Of a stretch of DNA of 64,000 nt, positions 57,413 through 64,000 are shown in pieces. The stretch is from assembly GCF_009914755.1 (NCBI RefSeq), contig NC_060925.1. One strand, 5' to 3'. Source of the stretch: the human T2T-CHM13v2.0 reference genome, Homo sapiens. Under the pieces are notes generated by a model. It saw nothing but the letters and a program-made list of their open reading frames with translations. It did no database searches and had not been told where the DNA came from. How positions within the stretch are numbered: the stretch's first letter is position 1; every line of letters begins with the position of its first letter. Made by a program: the position numbers and the translations under genes.

Positions 57413-60068
57413 TTAACCTAAACATAAGTTTTACACTTAAGTAATTGAGCAAGAAGTCTTTGTTGTACTAATATTGGAAAAGGCAGGGGTGGGGGTGGTG
57501 ACGTGATTATAACCAATGTAACCAGCTTGCATTTATAAGACTTGTATTGATTATGAACTATAGCATTTTTTCGTTAAAAACATTATCAATATTGGATTGT
57601 AAAAGATTCCATTGGCCTTTCTGAAAGACTGTCCTTTTGATGAGATGTCACAAATGAATGCTAATGTCCCTTGAGAAATCCTGCCAACAGATCTTATTCT
57701 TCTATCAATGTTAAGAAACTGCATTTCTCTTTGGCCAATTTCTAGGCTTATGGATAGTCTCTCTTGCTAGGACTTCAGAAGCCAATGAGCAACTTGCCTG
57801 TCACAAGATCCGACGAATGATCTCTCCCTGCATGCGGTGTAGCTAAGCAGAGAAGCAGCTCTTGTAAGAGAATAACCAACACAGCATGGAATATTGCTAA
57901 ATCTACAGTGTTTTATCCAGCAAAGTTCACCCCAGTAGCCTGCCCCTGCCAATAAAGCCTAGAAATTTTTCCTACCAGGCAGTCCCAGTTTAGTTGGTTG
58001 TAGCTTAGAAGCAGACATCTGAGAGCAGTTCAGCAAGCCTGCAGTCAGATGCTTTTGTAGAGCTCTCCTCTTAAAAGGCAAAATTGAGGCAAGTCAATAG
58101 ATTACAACTTTCTGGGTTTGCTTCTGTCATCTATCAAATATCACAATTCATCCTGCTTCGCTAAAGTGAAACTCCAAGGATTTGTTTTTAAAGGTGTCCT
58201 TCTTTCTGTGAAATACTAAATGAACTTGTTTTAAAAAACAAGAACAACTCAACACAAGTTGATAGGAGCTAAGTAACATAACTTTTCCTTTAAGAAAAAC
58301 ATGTAGCATGAGAAAACCTTATTTTTAAAGTACTACATAAAATTTATTGAGACCACATGTCGTAAGAAAGCTTGATTATTAATCCTTCCAGAGAAACTGT
58401 TAACACTTAACTGCTATTCTTCAATTATTTCACTATCAAATTAAACTTATTCAAGAAAATACAAATGATTCCATACTGACCTACAAAACAAAAACTTTTT
58501 GGTGTTTTGAGGGGACGGAAGAATAAAGGGGAGGTGTCTTTTTCATCAAATCTCTTATATGAGCTCATTTCATCAATCTAATTGTATCTTTTTGTGCTTC
58601 TGCCAAGATTATTAATTTCAAGGGTAAGATTTTCTCTGGCTACCATGTACTGTAAAACTGTAAAATTTTTTCCACTCTTCATGGACCATTTACAATCTGC
58701 AAGGTTTGGGGTGGGAATGAAATGTATTTCTGCCAATGGATAGCCACATCAGCAGTGCTGAAAACCAATCCTTCTGTTTCACTCATCGTGCCATATGGCT
58801 CCATAAAAAAGGAGCGAACCAAAAGTGTAGCTCATACGCCTTGTCAATCTGGGCTTAGACTAATTATTTGATATTATGATAAAGAGAGGAATCTGTTTGT
58901 AGGTGAATATATTCTCTCTTCTTTCTTTACTCGTGTATCTCTATACCCATGCGCTAATTTATGGAGGGGGGGAATCAGAGGTTTAAAGCCCCTCTAATTT
59001 TACAGGAGCTATAATATTTTAAGAAAAGGCATTGCAATAAAATTGTCATACATAGGTTATAATTTTTAACAACAAAAAGTCCCAGGTGTTTTCATAGTAA
59101 TGTCTTCTTAAGAATTAAGGATCATGATTTTAAACGCTTTCCAGTAAGTGCTTTGAGTACTCCGGAGCAATTAAAAAGCAAGCTGACGCGCCAAGATAAA
59201 GTTGTGTCCCCCTAGTGACCTCTAGAGCGGAGCTAAGCTCCCACAAGCCAGACTTGGGAGGAAAAGCAAAAAGCACGCCAAAGCCTGAGCGCTGCTGTAG
59301 TCCAAGCCAATGTATTCAGTAATACCCTTCACCCCTCAGTTCTCATCTGAGTTCCTGTCCTTTTTTATATAACCCCAAAGGCTCAGTAAGTCGCTGCCTC
59401 CCAGGTCATTGGGCCCATTGTGTTGAAATCCAACTTCGAACGACGCCCCTTCCTTGCCACCATCCTCAGGTCCAGTTCCCCCGCGCACAGCCTTCCTCAC
59501 CGCGCATGGTGTCGAGCCCACTTCCACCTCTCTGCAGTGCTGCAGACAACCTCTAGGGCTCTGCGAGTCCCCCAGCGAGAGCTAGGGAGCCGACAAGCTG
59601 CGACCTCTGCGAGTCCGCGCTGCGGGAGCGGGTGGCTTGCACCTGCTCCCCGCGCGCCGGCTCTGCGACCCCTAGGCAAGACGCAGCCCAGGAGGCTCCC
59701 TCCCGAGTCGCGCCCCGGACCACGCCGCAATGCCTCGTCACCCCAGCAACAAGCTCTTCCTTGTCCTCCCCGCCATCGCTTCTCTCCGCGAACTTTCCAA
59801 CTTTGGAAGCCCGGGTTCCAAAGGAGCAACAGGGAGACTGCTTAGCCGGAGCCACTGCCCGTCTCGACAGGTTGGGGAGCAGGAAGTAGCCTGCAGGGAC
59901 TCGGCCGGTAGCAAGTCCCCTTGACCGCAGGGAAAAGGAGAGGCAGCCAGCTCCAATCTCCTCCTGAGGATGGAGGTTGGGGAAATGGATGCAGAACTTG
60001 TCACCCTAGGGACGAAGGGGCGGAGGGAGGGGGGATTGGAAGAAAAGAATAGAAGAGACCATGAAAAA

Positions 60069-60095
60069 CTCTCTCTCTCTCTTACACACACACAC

Positions 60096-60136
<41 letters not shown>

Positions 60137-60152
60137 AGGGAGAGAGAGAGAG
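60069..60152 (+). repeat. Compound (CT)n-(CA)n-(GA)n microsatellite in intron 1
   Basis: ctctctctctctct tacacacac...cacac gagagggagagagagagaga. Confidence 0.95.
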
Positions 60153-60507
60153 ATTCCGGAAAAGACAAGATGCTAGGAGCCCAGTCGCTTTTCTCCCCAC
60201 TGCCCAGAGGCTAGGAGGTGCAACAGATAGATACCCAAGCTCGCCGAGTAGCAAAGGGGTGGGGTGAGAGAGGAGTCTCCAGGTTTCCCCAGGTTGCAAA
60301 AGGGGCACAAACTCCTGTCAGTGTCCCCGGAGGCCAGGGGAGGTGCAGCGGCGCCGCGGTTTCCCCCACCCCCTCCCCGGACACGGCAAACTCTTCCCCG
60401 GCAGGAGCCTTCCACTTGGCCGCGCCTGGATGTAAACAGGCCGGCCCGAGGGGCAGAGGGCGGGTGAGAGAGGGGAGGCGGCGAGGGGAGGAGGGAGCGG
60501 GACTCAC

Positions 60508-60541
60508 CCTTGATGCTGGGGGGCTTTCTCTTCTTGGCCAT
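60508..60541 (-). CDS. First coding exon (34 nt, MAKKRKPPSIK + 1 nt, phase-1 donor) of an unidentified minus-strand gene
   Basis: Minus strand reads cagaagATGGCCAAGAAGAGAAAGCCCCCCAGCATCAAGG|GTGAGT. Strong Kozak (A at -3, G at +4), consensus 5' splice site at 60507-60502, inside a CpG island, followed by ~60 kb of intron-like DNA. Peptide too short for me to name the gene. Confidence 0.8.
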
Positions 60542-60900
60542 CTTCTGTCCCCTTCCCTCCCCCGGACCCCCCACGCGCTTCCTCCGGCTGCCGCGCAGCT
60601 CCCAGGCGAGCCCTCGCCGCGGCTCTCAGCTCAGCGAGCTCTTTGTTGCTGTGATGGCATCTGCGAGCAGCAGCGGCGGCCGGGCTGCGCGCTCAGCTCG
60701 GCTCGGCTCGGCTGGGGCGGGCGCCGCCGCCCCTCTGCTCTCGGCCGCGCCGCTGGCCCCCCTCTTGCGCTGCTGTGGACGCGGTGGCTGCTGCGGCGGC
60801 GGCGGCTGCTGTGCTGCTCCTGCTGCTGGAGGGGGCAGCGCTGGGTCCCCTGAGCGCCCGCCCAGCGCTGACCTCCCCCTTCTCCACACCCTCCCTCCCC
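60542..60900 (-). other. Probable 5'UTR of exon 1 (TSS not determinable, likely ~60.85-60.95 kb)
   Basis: GC-rich leader upstream of ATG 60541 with CCG/CAG repeats, a short uORF and a G4 motif; TSS position is inference. Confidence 0.5.
60787..60828 (-). repeat. Interrupted (CAG)/(CCG) trinucleotide tract in the leader
   Basis: Plus strand gct gct (gcg)4 gct gct gt gct gct cct gct gct. Confidence 0.85.
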
Positions 60901-61999
60901 CACGCCCCCACCCCCGGTGTCCCGTCTGAGCCGCCAGCCCCCATCCAACCGGCTACCGCGCCGTCATCCAGCAGCCTCTACTGGAAAGACAACGGTGGCG
61001 GCGGCGGGGAGCTGCTGGGGGGCGCGGAGAGACCGCGGCCATCTGGGGCCGGGAAGGAGAAAGCCAGGCAGAGTCTGATGGAGTCTGCCTCCGGCCTGCC
61101 TTCCTCTGGGCCTTCGAAGCCCCCTCTCAAAAGGCCAGGACGCGCTGGGCCCAAGAAAGACACCCGTCTTCACAGGCCAACCAGAACTCTGGCCACCTGC
61201 GGGAGGACGGCACTGTCCCTTGCGACCCGGCCCAGGAGCCGTCCTCCTCCACAGCCTCCTCGAGGATAGCGAGCCCGAATTCCACGCGGGCGATGAGCCC
61301 CGAAGCGCGCGGTTGCCTCTGCCCCTCCCGAACCGAGAAGGAAAGAGGGGAGAGGGAAACAGGAGTCTGATGGAGGGGAGAGAAATGGAATTCCAGAGGC
61401 AGCCCACGGGCAGACACCTGCAAGAATGGCTGTGTTCTGGCCCTGAAGTTCTTAATAGTGAGGGCCCAGGATAGTTCCCTTGGGGCTGTGGGAAAAGAGG
61501 GAAGTTCACGCTCTCAGATGTTGGAGGAATTGGAAGCCGGAGGTGTGATTTCTTGGCCTCCAGCAGAAACTTGGTTACAGTGGCCACGTTCTTTCTCGCT
61601 CTGATTGGGGGTTTGCTTTGGAAAGTTCTCATGTTCCTGGAGGAGCTGTCCTCCCCTCGCGTGCTGATAAGGGATGAAAAGAAGTTCTGCTGGCGTCCCA
61701 GAACTGCAAGGGCAGGCGAAAGTTTAAGAATATAAAGGAGTAGCGGACCTTAAAAAGAAACGCTTAAAGGGTAGGGTAGGGAGAGGTTACCAGGGTGTGC
61801 CACTGTGGGAAGAGGCTACAATATCGAATTTTTTTTATATGCTGCAGCTGAGATTGCCGCCGAAACGCACTTCCTAATTCGCAGTGACCTTCTTAACACT
61901 TCTCCTTTCCTCCTCCTAGGTTAGTACAGTTCCCAGCCCAATCTGATTGTCTAAACATTCAGTGAGTTAATTCAATATCTCCACCCAGAAGTTGCCCCA

Positions 62000-63090
62000 G
62001 TACTAGTGTGGTGCGGCAAAAAGAACAGTGAAGTCAAAAACCCCAATTGTGAATTCTGGCCCTGTAACTTCGTAGCTCTGAGAATTTGGACAAGTCACTC
62101 AATCTCTCTGCTCTTCTGTTTTCTGATATGTGCGATATCATCTCAAAAATTTCTTCCAGCTCCTGAGATATTAGTGACAAAATCATCACAAGTTATTTTT
62201 TCAGCCCTTCTAAATATAGCTTCATATAATGTAATATATTGAAGTAAATAATCTAGAAACATGTGAAATGACCAATTCCTCTCACAATGAAGATGTGCAT
62301 CAGAAATAAAAAACAAAGAACATGTTTCTTTTAATAAGCAAAATAGACCCATTCTCAGACTTATGATCAGAAATAAGGCTGACTCAAAGTTTTCCTCTTC
62401 CAAACAGCTGCCTCTTATTTAATTAAAAACTACTCTTCTAGGTCTTCAAATGTTTACTGTGTATAATATTAGACTTTGTAAATATTTCAGTCCATTTTAT
62501 GTGCTCATATTTTATCACCAACTACTAATTATTGCCTATATTAGAATAATGTTTTTCTGTTTATTCATTACTTTCACATACTTTATTTCATTTAATCATG
62601 ACCACACCCATGAGTTGAAAAGCAGGTCCTGTCTTCCAGGTTTTACAGACGGTGAAATGGGATTCGTGGAGGTATGATAACTTGCCCACAGCTTCGGTGT
62701 AACTCTTTTAACTCAATACCCAGCTCTCTCCACAACACTAGCTGCCTATGTGAAATAGAATATTTCTGCTTCAGACCAGGAATGGTTTCCTTTTTCTAAT
62801 TTATTCCTTCCACAATGTCAGTACTATTCTCAACAGAGGAGACTCAAATTTAGTTGACTAGTTAGGACTATTTTTGGTACATGGATGTGATTAATATGCT
62901 TTTACACTGTTAGCACTTCAAAGTGTCCTTACATGCATTATCTCAATTAAGGTCATGACAATCACATAAGATCATCAAAAGAGGTTTATTCAGCCCTGCT
63001 GAACAGATGAGGAAACTGAGACCAAAAGACATTAAGGCCACAACTACCCAGGCCCTGGATTTCCAGGCCAAGTGTTTCCCCTATAGCCCA
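62000..63090. mobile_element. Three MIR fragments (~62000-62170 +, 62520-62745 -, 62880-63090 -)
   Basis: tttggacaagtcactcaatctctctg; ttttacagacggtgaaa; cagatgaggaaactgag cores. Confidence 0.7.
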
Positions 63091-63177
63091 CACTGTGTGT
63101 TTTTGTTCAAGGGTTGCAATTAGAATGACTGCAGGGAACAGTAAGACAGAATACATGACACCATCAGTATAAATATA

Positions 63178-64000
<823 letters not shown>

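Larger units (their letters stand above)
59400..61350. promoter_or_regulatory. CpG island / promoter and first exon of the minus-strand gene
   Basis: Abrupt switch to GC-rich, CpG-dense sequence against a CpG-depleted background; GC-box-like motifs and C/G runs at 60870-60915; no interspersed repeats. Confidence 0.92.

Noticed and set aside
61189-61222. CTCF-like (cccgcaggtggcca) and REST half-site-like (ggacagtgcc) words on the minus strand
   Set aside because: Mismatches at core positions or only a half site; expected by chance in GC-rich DNA.
59336-61735. Many overlapping long ORFs in the CpG island, including the signal-peptide-like 60775-61269 (poly-Ala/poly-Leu)
   Set aside because: GC-rich DNA lacks stop codons; the translations are low-complexity products of repeats, and 60775 starts at GTG; no recognisable protein.

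Overview
Primate, most likely human, genomic DNA: it contains Alu, L1PA/L1MA, THE1/MST/MLT LTRs, MIR, L2 and MER/Tigger DNA transposons. The right end holds a CpG island (~59.4-61.35 kb) with the first coding exon of a minus-strand gene. That exon has a strong-Kozak ATG at 60541, encodes MAKKRKPPSIK, and ends at a GTGAGT donor; I could not identify the gene. The ~60 kb to its left reads as AT- and repeat-rich intron with no confidently identifiable further exon, and it contains a frameshifted processed RPL29 pseudogene on the + strand (~26.7-27.3 kb). The most unusual structure is an unrecognised unit present three times at 54.8-56.9 kb. Two copies form a ~300-bp-arm inverted repeat with a 58-bp perfect core, one interrupting an MLT1 LTR with an apparently templated junction. 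Other points of interest are a 5'UTR with a G-quadruplex motif, a uORF and CCG/CAG repeats; several L1/Alu rearrangements; and weak candidate exons. I found no convincing new multi-gene system. Repeat family and subfamily names are from recall of consensus sequences, and repeat boundaries are approximate.
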